Assembly: GCA_051294375.1 (NCBI GenBank)
Contig: CM119271.1
Coordinates: 2,945,061 to 3,009,060 of the forward strand
Length of the DNA: 64,000 nucleotides
DNA from: Paraspadella gotoi
Lineage: Eukaryota; Animalia; Chaetognatha
Direction of reading: 5' to 3'
Numbering within the stretch: position 1 is the stretch's first letter; each line of letters begins with the position of its first letter. Made by a program: the position numbers and the translations under genes. Below, piece after piece: positions 53,388-64,000 of this stretch. The notes under the pieces are model-generated. The model saw nothing but the letters and a program-made list of their open reading frames with translations. It made no database searches and was not told the origin of the DNA.

Positions 53388-54021
53388 AAAGAAAGAAAGA
53401 AATAAATTAAGAAAGAGAAATAAAAAAAAAAATAAAGAAATAAATAAATAAATAAACTAAAAAATTAATAACTAATATAAGAATTATGAATTCATTCAAG
53501 AAATAACTTAATAAGCTATCTTAGGTGAAGGCCTCCCTTCCTCTTACAAGATATCAAGACTCTCTCACAGTCTAATTTATAAACTCCTAATTATCGATAA
53601 GCCAATTTCCCTATGCTTTCGTCCAACGATCTAAATTTTCCCGACACAACCAAACCGCGTGCCGAGAATAAAAAAAAAACAATCGTTGACATAAATCGAT
53701 ATAAATCGAATTATCGTCTCTCGATTCTGACGGAAGCCGGATCCTATCAATTCCGAGAAATAGCCTCTCGCTATTAATATTATTTTTTTTCGGAACAATA
53801 TCGGTCGGTTTACTTAAAAGTAGAAGCACGTAGATTACAGTTAACAGAGCAAAAATGGGTAACGTAATAAACAGTTCTTGAAATAATCTCTTTGCAATTG
53901 AGGTAATACCGGTTTTTTCAAGTAATTTCGGTTAAAAAAAAATTTTCAACTAAAATAACCGAATTCGTACGAACAAAACCAATTTACGCCATGTCACCTA
54001 TCACAAAAACTATCATTCATA

Positions 54022-56374
54022 TCATTGTTTCATCATCTCCCCCACGATGTAATCGCCCCACGAGAGAGGGATCATGTCCAAAACGAATTTCGCGATCCGA
54101 GTTTTCGTGTCCGTAATATAATCGCATTTGGGATTCGCGTTCAGCAGCGCGTCCATGATGCAGTCGGAGACTTCCCAGATTTGATGTCTAAAAAAAAATA
54201 AATCTTGGTTAATAAAAACAATTAGATAATCATTATAAATACGGATCAATGTTATGATTATTGACTGTAATGCAGGGAAAATTATATTACATAAAGCCTT
54301 AAAGTTAGGCACAGATAAAAAAATTTTGAACGATAATCAGTAAATGCGCCAAAAGGTAAACAATGAAACAATCATACAACCAATTAAACAATCAATTTGT
54401 TAATCTGTAATTCAGTTAATCAACTGTTTAATCAATCAATCAAATAATCAGTAAGTCCACCCCCTCTGGAGTTAAACCTCGCCATCCTAGAATCTTTATC
54501 CGCGCCAGCTACGAGCCGCTCGAACATCTCTCTCCCGTAGTCCGCCTTCGCCTCCGGAGTCGCTTCCGCCCAGGCCTTTTCAACGCAGCGCTTGACCAAT
54601 TCTTTGCTGACGATGTTGGTCGTGTAGTAACTGTGGAAAGGGACATTTCATGACAAGATATGACCCAACATCGCATTAAATATGCCAACACATGTTATGA
54701 TACTAAAATGCGGTATGACAGGATATAGGACGAAATGATCAGATGAGAAGTTGGACAATCTGTCGGGATTACTTTACTGATAATTTTTTTGATAAATCAC
54801 GAGTCATAATAATAATAGTATATATAGTATAGATAGAGAAAAAGGCGTAGTTCTTTTCGTTTCTCTCTAGCATATTCACCTCCTCATTCCCAACCGAGGA
54901 ATTACTGGTTTCATTCAAGAGGTTCAGTTCCTCCTTTTCCTGCCTTATAAATACTAGTATATATATATATATATATAAATATATATATAAATATATATAT
55001 AAATATATATATATAAATAGTATATATTTACAGTGTGGCGGTTACAGATACAGAATAATACAGCTCATATGAAACTATTATTTTCCAATGGCCCATTACG
55101 TGGGACAGACGGAGGCGACGTGGACTCCGAACTTCATCAATTCTTCTCTCAACCCGATGGAGTAAAAGAAAGAAGCGGCTTTGGAGATGCTGTAGGACAA
55201 CATCCCGGGCGCCGCAATGTGCGAGGCCATGCTGCATACGTTCACGATTCGACCTATGAATGATTAATGAATGAGTAAAAATTAAATATATTACCTCATT
55301 TAAAAATTAATATTTATTTATATATTTATATTTCAATTCAAATTGAATCGTTATTGACTTTTGACTTCGACTGTTTTATTTACCATATTTAAAAATAATT
55401 TTAGGTTCACATAAGGCCATTCACATTTTCACTTCTAGCTTCCACTTCGTTCTACTAAGATCCGTTTCGATATATTGAAATAATTTTCAACTTTTTCAAC
55501 AACACTTTCCACCTCTTGCTTCCGCACGAGAGGCAAAAACGTCCTCGTCACTCGAACACCCCGAGGGTGTTGACGTCCAAAACGCGCGCCACGGTTTCCG
55601 GCGACGCCCACTCGATGGGCCCGACGCTGAGATTGACGCCGGCGTTGTTAACGACGCCGTGGAGGGAAAGACCTCTGGCGGTCAATTCGCGCTGGACGAG
55701 AACGAGAGCTTCGTCGATGCTCTTTTGTTGAGTCACGTCGATACGAGAACGACGGCGCCTGGTGAGAGAAAAAAAATTCGGGAGAGGATCGGAAGTTAAA
55801 AACGCTGAAAAAATGTCGGTAAATTTATGTAAACAAAAAGGACCAATAACTAATTTTTTATGACAAAATTAAAAGGACAAATTAATCAAATAAAGCTTTT
55901 AACTTTAAGCGATTAAATTTGAAACGCTCGAGAAAAGCATAGTTTTTAAAGAAGAAATGTTTTAAATATAAATTTGGCCCTTGAGTTTTATATATCGTTA
56001 AAAGAATGACACCAGAACACAATAAAACGAAAAATTTACTTTTGTTTACCAGGTGGAAATTCCATTTAAAATCTTTTGACCGACTGGTCTCACACACATG
56101 TCGCAAACTCCAGACTTCAGAACCCGCCCAAAAAACTTTTACCTTTTTCCTTCAACTCCTTGGCGCCATCAGAGTCTCCGTTGAGACAACCGGCGAAAAT
56201 AAACAATCCATCATCAATGGCTCGGTGTCCCAGTTGCAGACCAAAACCGGAATCGCATCCGGTGATCAGAATCGATTTGTTTTTGACGGAGAGAAAAGAC
56301 GGATTGAGAGCGAGATATAATTTGCGAAGAAAGTATAGAGCGAGTAGAATTGAGGCAATCGTTGTTAGATCCAT
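54022..56374 (-). CDS. Short-chain dehydrogenase/reductase, SDR9C-like paralog 4 (three 1-bp deletions in exon 2)
   Basis: Exons 56374-56143, 55758-55513, 55253-55100, 54630-54478, 54187-54022. N-terminal hydrophobic anchor, ITGCDSGFG, VNNAG, NVCS and YSISK. Exon 2 is 246 nt versus 249 nt in paralogs 2 and 3. Confidence 0.85.
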
Positions 56375-56711
56375 TTTGAGTCTATTGCATAATAAGAAAC
56401 CTGGGAGACGTTTAATTTCAAGATTAAAAAAAGATAACGACCACAAAAAAAAATGCAGATTTAATCAAGAAATTTGATACGTAAGAAATGATACGTAAGC
56501 TTTCTATTTTTTCTTTTATGTTTGAAACTGCATGTGATTAATCTAAATTAAACAATACAATTGTTTGGAAAAGTATTTCTTTCGATAAATCACCGAGTCA
56601 CAGATAAATTGATCCAGTAGAGAAATTGAGCGAAGAGAAAATTTTAAAAATAAAAAACCATAATTAATTGATAATGAGCATCAAGTAATTAACTCAAACG
56701 GCCCAACCATT

Positions 56712-58612
56712 TCACCGTCTTAATTTCATGGACCAAGTTATAAACTTGTCGCTCCAAGAAAGAGGAATCATATCGAGAATAAACTTGTAAAGGCGAACGA
56801 AAATCCCGGGCACATAATCGCACTTCGGGTTCCGATTAGTGAGCGCATCCATCATGCAGTCAATCACTTCCCACGTCTGATGTCTGGAATGCGAGCAAAA
56901 AGTGAATTTTTAGTTGCGCCGCGAGTAAGAAAGGAAAAAACCTTAAAACTAACTCACCAATGAAGAGACAGTAATAATTGTTATGAGTTAGTGACAGAAC
57001 CGTTCAATATAAGCAGTCCCTGTGCTTCAGATCAAGCTGTAACACCATGTTACAGGCGGGTTAAGCGGCCCGACTCTCTTAACTGCTAGGTCGACCACCG
57101 GGCTAAAACCCCGGACCTTTGGGTAGGGAGGCGAAAGACTTGCGTCCTGCACCAATGGCCGCTGATGAACGGTTGGTGGATTTTAGTACACCATACAATC
57201 AAACAATACGGTGCTTAACCTTTTTCCATCTTTAATGATAAATGATTTTACCATTTGCCTACTGCGCAAAAAAAAAACTGAACATTTTTCGCGCCTTTTT
57301 ACTAAATATTCGTATTATATTTCGTGCTTGCCTGGCCATCGTGTTCTGTCGGGTGACGCCCGCGTAAATTTTATCGTAAACGGTTTTTCCGTATTCTGCT
57401 TTTGCCGAGGGACTCGCTTCCGCCCACGTTCTCTCAACCGCCTTCTTAATAATTTCTTTATTGACAATGTTCGTAGCGTAGAAGCTGCCGAGGTTGGATG
57501 GAAAATAAAATAAGATGTTGTGGCGGTATATTCACACCGCCTCACGTCCACTATCATTCAGCCAATGAGCATTGGCTCAGTTAGGTTTTTAAGTGATTAT
57601 CACCAACGCTTCAAACATAAAAATAACGAAAGCCGTATTTACCCAACAAATCTATTATTTTAACTCACAAAGGAGATATGGAGGCGACGTGAACGCCGAA
57701 GGCTCTCATCTCTCTTCGCAGGCCATTGGTGAAAAAGTATGTGGCTACTTTCGACATTGAATACGGCAAAATCGTGGGCGACGCGATGTGAGCCGCCATG
57801 CTGCAAACGTTCACGATTCGACCTGCGAGAAAAATTGGCCGAGAACCGTCAGAACGAATGTTCACAAAAATAAACCAACGATTCAACTTCGGTCCTCACC
57901 TTGAACTTTCCTCACGAGCGGCAGGAAAGTTCTGGTGACTCTCACAACGCCCAGGGTGTTCACGTTCAAGACTTTCTCGACGGATTCCGGCGCCGCCCAC
58001 TCGACGGGACCGATGCTGAGGTTGACGCCCGCGTTGTTGACGACGCCGTGGAGGGAGAGACCTCTTTCGGTCAAGACGCGCTGAACGAGAACGAGGGCTT
58101 CGTCGATGTCCTTTTGTTTCGTCACGTCCATCACGAGAACGTCGCAACCTATGATTACGTTTTTAATTAAATAAATAAATTTTAAATAGATAAACAATTT
58201 TTAACATGATGGATAATAAATAGAACCGTCCTCCACAGATATATGTAATAAAATACGATAAAAAAATAATTATTTAAATCAAATTAAGCAGTAAATATTT
58301 TTTGCAAATTCACTTTTATAAAACGAAATTTCACAAATCATGTTGTATACCAATGTTCAACTACGAATCCCCTGTGTTACCTTTCTCCTTCAATTGCTTG
58401 GCTCCGGCGGAATCTACGCTCAGACAACCGGCAAACACGTGGAACCCATCATCGACGGCTCGAAGTCCCAGTTGCAGACCAAAGCCGGAATCGCATCCTG
58501 TCACCAGAATCGCTTTGTTTTGCGAAGAGATGAACGAAGGATTCAAAGCGAGGTACAGTTTGCGAGCGACGTAAAGAGTCAACAAAAGAGCAACGATCGC
58601 GGTAATATCCAT
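56712..58612 (-). CDS. Short-chain dehydrogenase/reductase, SDR9C-like (retinol/17beta-hydroxysteroid/BDH1-like) paralog 3
   Basis: Exons 58612-58381, 58148-57900, 57822-57669, 57484-57332, 56883-56712. VTGCDSGFG, VNNAG and YSMSK. The last intron has a GC donor. Confidence 0.92.
57000..57162 (-). mobile_element. tRNA-derived SINE-like element in an SDR intron
   Basis: Minus strand reads GCGGCCATTGGTGCAGGACGCAAGTCTTTCGCCTCCCTACCCAAAGGTCCGGGGTTTTAGCCCGG: an A-box-like TGGTGCAGG and a B-box-like GGTTTTAGCC at tRNA-like spacing, in a GC-rich island within an AT-rich intron. Confidence 0.4.
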
Positions 58613-58844
58613 CGTAAATTAAATTTACGATTTTTGTCCTAAAACTGTTAAAAACAAATTTATTTCGTAATAAAATTAACTTGTGGAATAAACTGGCGTA
58701 TAAACTGGAAAAAAATGTTTTGATTAAAATTTAATTTCGATTGATTTCCACCCGAGTCTGAGATCATCAATTTTGCCAAGAAAGTTTGACATGACAAATT
58801 GTAAAATTTTGCAAAATTAGACTGGCATAAAGTTTTGATAAAGG

Positions 58845-59053
58845 TCAACGCAGATATCTCTCGGACCACACCGTCAAATTGTCGCACCAAGAGAGCGGAA
58901 TCATGTCGACGCCGAATTTGAACAACCTTGTCCGTATATCCGGTACATAGTCACATTTTGGTTTTTGATTTGTGAGAGCATCCATCATGCAGTCAATTAC
59001 CTCCCAAGTTTGATACCTAAATGTTTAGCTAAACGTGAGAAAATTGATTTGAA

Positions 59054-59103
<50 letters not shown>

Positions 59104-60488
59104 CGGAAAGTTTTACCTTGACTGGATCAAATCTTTATCCGTATTTTGAATAAGATGATTGTACAAACCAGTTCCATAATCAGCTTTGGTTAATGAGTTC
59201 GCCTCACTCCAAGATTTTTCGACACATTTCTTGACCAACTCTCTACTCACGATGTTTGTCGCGTAATAACTGTAAAGAAAAAGGAACAAGGAACGGTTAT
59301 TCCAAGGTGTTTCGCCGCATTAATTTTCTTTTTACTTCTCATTTAATTTATTCCTCATAGTTTATAAGATTTCTTTAAAAACAAAAGGCGGCGCCATTAG
59401 TCGCTTAGATTTGATTTTTAACAAATGAGAAACAAACTATAGACAAGTTTAAATGCCTCAGCACATAATCCATTTCAACAATTACATCGGCGATATGGAA
59501 GCGACATGAACACCAAAATCTTTCAAATCTCGACGTAAGCCATTAGTGTAAAAGAAAGTCGCCGCTTTAGACATGCTGTACGGCAGAATCCTCGGTGCAG
59601 CAACATGAGCCGCCATGCTGCAAACGTTCACGATTCGACCTGTTTGAAAAAAAAACACGTTAAAAATTATACCTAATCGATGGCTAAAATGGTTAAGACT
59701 TTTTAAGATTTTTTTTTTACATTTCACGATTCGACATACAGTAGTTTCCGTACCTTTAGCTTTTCTCACGAGTGGTAGAAACGTTCTCGTGACCCTGACA
59801 ACTCCCATTGTGTTGACATCGAAGACCCCTGCGATAGATTCCGGCGCCGCCCATTCTACGGGTCCGACGTTGAGGTTTACGCCGGCGTTGTTGACGATCC
59901 CGTGGAGAGTAATTCCTTTTGCGTTCGAGTCGCGTTCCACTTGAATCAAAGCTTCGTCGAGAGTCTTTTGTCGAGTGACGTCGATTAAGAGAATCGAACA
60001 ACCTTAAAAACAAATGAATATAGACAATTCATTATCTATAATCCTCTCTTTTCCCAATATAAATGTTTGAATTTTTTTAACATACATGATCTATATGTGC
60101 TCTGATTCTTAATTTTTTTTTTTATTGCTTGTATTTTTTTTTTATAATTTTCAACCTAATTTTCCAAAACACCCAATTTCATCATAAATCTAGAATTAAA
60201 TTAAATTATATTGGTTGTACCAATTTCATTAAATTAAATTAAATTAATTTTCGTACCAATCTCCTTCAATTGCTTGGCGCCTTCGGAATCTCCGCTCAAG
60301 CAACCGGCAAAGACGTGAAATCCTGCATCAAAGGCCCGATGTCCCAGTTGAAGTCCGAAACCAGAGTCGCATCCGGTGATCAAAATTGCTTTGTTTTTTG
60401 CGGAAATGAAGGATGGATTCAAAACGTGATAGAGTTTCAGAGCCAAATACGTTATGACTATGATCCCAATAAGAGTTGAAAAAACCAT
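58845..60488 (-). CDS. Short-chain dehydrogenase/reductase, SDR9C-like paralog 2
   Basis: Exons 60488-60257, 60002-59754, 59639-59486, 59269-59117, 59016-58845. ITGCDSGFG, VNNAG and YSMSK; frame open throughout. Confidence 0.93.
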
Positions 60489-60685
60489 TTTTAAACGCTG
60501 AAAGAATTAGATAAATAAATAAGAAAGAGTTAAAAAGCATTCGTGAGTGAACAATTATTTAGACATTTTCAACAAAGGAATAAAACTTGATCGTTCAGAT
60601 CTCATGGCCACGATAATTTTTTTTGAAAATATAGTATCTAATCGAAAAGCAATCCTTAATTCGAGCAATCAAAAAATCAACAATC

Positions 60686-62456
60686 TTAAGGCCAATGCGT
60701 CTTAATAACCAAATAGTCAACCCAGGATAACGGAACGATTCCGAGGAAGAATTTAACAATTCTGCTCGCGATGTCGGGAACGTAATCCCACTGAGGATTT
60801 TCATTGAGAAGAGCGTCCATGAGACAATCGACGACTTCGACCGTTTCGTTCCTTAAAATTTCAAAATGACTGTTAACACTGGGCGCAGTAAAAGCAGTAA
60901 AAGCAGTAAAAGCGCTAAAACAGCCGAAACGGCGTTAATAATTAATTACAAAGAACAACACCTCTTGACAAAAAAGGAAAGATTTAGCGATTAAAATTTG
61001 AATAAAGGAAATATAAAGAGAGAGCGATAAAAAATTAAATAAGATCGCCTTCGAAACGGACGGTTTGAATTTTCCCGCCAAAATACCTCATGAACGGGGA
61101 TTCCATTCCGGCTTCATCTCGTAAAGATCGATGGAACGAGATTCCGTAATCTGATTTCGCCGACGTCGTCGCCTCACTCCACGTTCTGTCCACACAGGCG
61201 ACGACGCGAGTGGAAGAAGTCGCTGGGGTTCGGTAGAGGCTGAAATGGTAATATTTACATAATTTATTAAATAATATTAGGACAATGAATTGAGAACTAT
61301 TTATAAAATCGGTACAAACAATATAAAAATTATCCATTCATTCAATAAATAAGCTATCTATTCCTCCCTCACTCTTACAAGATAATGACATAGTACTCAC
61401 TCACTCACTTAGGTGAAACCGAAACGACATGTACGCCGAAAGGCTTCAACTCTTTCCTCAATCCGTGGGTGAACATCATTGTCGCCGCTTTCGAGATGCT
61501 GTAGGGAATCACGTTAGGAGCAGCCACGTGCGATGCCATGCTGCACACGTTAACGATCCTTCCTGACCGATGAGTACTATTATAACTAATAACACTACTA
61601 CAAATAATATCTTTTACTTTATTCGCTCAACCCCCTACTCACCTCCGGCTTTTCTAATGAGCGGCAAAAACGTTCTCACGATCCTGACGGCGCCGAGAGT
61701 ATTCACGTCAAGAACTCGCGCCACGGTTTCCGGCGCCGCCCACTCAACGGGCCCCACGCTGAGGTTGACCCCGGCGTTGTTGACGAGCCCGTGCAGCCGA
61801 CATCCTTCTTCCTTCAACGCTTGCTCCGTCACGGCTAAGGCTTCGTCGATGCTCTTTTGTCGAGTCACGTCGACTTGGATCGTGCGACATCTCGCGTCGT
61901 TTAAGAGAACAATGCCGTCGGAGGCGAGATCCAGGCAGCAGGCGATTACGACGAAACCGCTCTTTCGTTTTCACGATGACAACAAAAAAGTGGACAGGAA
62001 CGATAATGACCAGGGTACAAGAGATATTTAAGATGTAAATTAAAAAAGGATTTTCTTTTAAGCTACGATAACTTGTTAGGTTTACAATGATTTACAAAAA
62101 GAAAGACAAGGAAGGGAAGAGAAAATTCAAATTTTAAAAAAGAGTTCTTTGCGAGGGTATTTTAAAATTTTTTAAAAAATCAATCAAACAAGGAGATAGA
62201 ATTTATTGATCCCAGTGCATAATTTGTATTGTATTATTCACAGGAGCGACGCAGAGTTGTAAATATCAGCGAAACCGCATCCCACCTTGGCTGCTCTGAG
62301 ACAGAGTTCCAAACCGAAGCCTGAATCACATCCGGTCACAAGGATCGCTTTTTTCTCGGTCGAGATCCATTTAGGGAAAACAAAACTTTTTGTTAGTTGG
62401 AAAATTAAGTAAACGACGACGACGACGACGACCGAAGCGAAAACGAAAAAATCCAT
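60686..62456 (-). CDS. Short-chain dehydrogenase/reductase, SDR9C-like paralog 1 (most divergent)
   Basis: Exons 62456-62286, 61961-61643, 61562-61409, 61239-61087, 60851-60686. VTGCDSGFG, VNNAG and YSISK; frame open throughout. Confidence 0.92.
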
Positions 62457-63557
62457 GATTGTGATAATTCGAGTGCCTGTACGATATGAAGCGGATTAAT
62501 GTATGATAAATTTAACTCGAAATTATGGTTATCAAAGCGAAAAGGTTTTTTAAGTCTTCTAAGGTTGTGTGTTTTCAAGCTCGAATAAAGAGAGAGAGAG
62601 AATCCATATGCAGCCGACCTCGGGTTGTGAAAAAAAGTTCAAACAGAATTTCGATTCGAACTCTGATCTGGGCGTGCAAGAATAAGAAAACAGACAAAAA
62701 ACCAGTTGGAAGATAAAACCAGTTTTACCGATTTTTGTTTTAGTCCGTTTTTAAAAAACGGCTTAATTCTTTTCTTTCTTTTTTTAAATGTATAAAAGTA
62801 CAAAAAATGTATCGATATACTTTTAGAAAGAGTTTGTCCAGTTATACACATTTAGTAAATAAATAGATTTTGATATTATCAGTAATATTTTTTAATGAAT
62901 TAGCATTTCTTTTTTACGTTTATATATTATTTGTTTTTGCGGTTTTTTTTTTATTTTTATAAAATTCAAATCATTTTCGCTCATTCAGACTGGTCCCAAC
63001 ACAACTTTTTAACCTTTGGTCCGGCGTCTCGTAATTTTAGATTGGAACGTGACGTGTTTAAGATAATAAGGTGAAATTTCGATAAGGGACGTTAAATAAT
63101 AAAAAGATTAATGAAGGCTAAACATCTTGAACAAAATCTGTAATACGAATAAATAAACAAATAAATATACAAATAACAAAAATTATCAATATTACTATTA
63201 TATTAGCATGTTTCAAAACGTATTTAAAAAGTTTCGACAATCCACTACCAGTGCCTTTTAAACCGAAATGAAAAATTAATTTTGTCTCTCTCAAACTAGC
63301 TACATAATATTTTTTTTGAAAACTATTTTAAATCGCTCAACAGCAGAACAAACCAACGCAAACCAATAATAAAATATTCTATTACTTCAAAACTATGAGT
63401 ATAATCATAAAGAATAATAATAGTAAAAAAAAATCACTCAATAAAAATTTGACCAAAAAAAAAAAAATTCAGCAGAGAAAATTTTTAAAGCATTGTGTAC
63501 TACATAAATTCATTTCTAGACTAGAATTGAGAATCCACGCTCTGATGTCGCAAACCT

Positions 63558-64000
63558 TCAATCCGCCAATCCCATGACCTTCTCGAAAGAGCATTTCCAC
63601 TCTTCGCCCAAGATGCTTTGCACGCAGGGCACGTTAATCGAACGCGGATCTTCGCACGCGACGCTGATCCAAATTGCCATGTCGTCGTCGAGCAAGCCTC
63701 GATCCAGCGTCTCCTTAGATTAGTTGATTGTTTAATTGGTTAATACGATACATAAATATACCCCCAAACCCCTCGACCCACACCAACCCCTTACCTCTAA
63801 ATGCTGATAAAAATCTGGACCAATGGAGCGAAGCCAACTCTCCCGCGGTGCCAGCATGAAGTTTGGCGTGAACATTAAGGTATGACTTTCAAAAGCGGAG
63901 GCGAGACCCTCCGCGGTGCAGACAGAGGCGGGGGGAGGGATAGGCATGGAACCAGGGGTGGTGACACCTCCCATGGTGAGGCGATCGTGGGTGAAAGCGG
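63558..64000 (-). CDS. 3' two exons of a gene extending beyond the window; possibly HtrL/YibB-like
   Basis: Exon >64000-63795 (...HTLMFTPNFMLAPRESWLRSIGPDFYQHLE, GTAAGG donor) joins in phase 0 to 63713-63558 (ETLDRGLLDDDMAIWISVACEDP...GLAD*). The family guess rests only on the GLLDDD segment. Confidence 0.6.

Noticed and set aside
57125-57175. Hammerhead ribozyme (GAAA ... CTGATGA)
   Set aside because: The core words are present, but stems I and II do not pair and the required UH cleavage site is missing.

Overview
Eukaryotic (metazoan, probably non-arthropod invertebrate) draft-assembly window: AT-rich introns with GT-AG splice sites, GC-rich exons, many (AG)n/(GAC)n microsatellites, N-gaps and indel-rich patches that look like long-read gap fills. 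No prokaryotic operon, CRISPR array or rRNA gene is visible. I assembled these gene models by hand from splice sites and reading frames: a multi-exon coiled-coil gene (+, ~2.5-7.8 kb); an unknown minus-strand gene caught in duplicated/inverted sequence (8-15 kb); a trypsin-like S1A serine protease with a polybasic site and hydrophobic tail (-, 17.5-25.7 kb); a secreted two-domain Kazal inhibitor (+, 38.6-50.1 kb); four tandem membrane-anchored SDR9C-like (RDH/17beta-HSD/BDH1-like) dehydrogenases (-, 54.0-62.5 kb); and the 3' end of a possible HtrL-like gene. The best novel candidate is a four-exon, 90-aa neuropeptide-like precursor (-, 51237-53159) that no single ORF in the track captures. It carries a tachykinin-like FMGVR core extended by Pro-Tyr and lacks an amidation Gly. 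Mobile DNA includes a ~4.6 kb TIR element with an internal palindromic satellite and nested MITE (its empty site is also in the window), TG...CA solo-LTR-like elements and a tRNA-like SINE candidate. Several duplications are probably assembly or haplotype artefacts.
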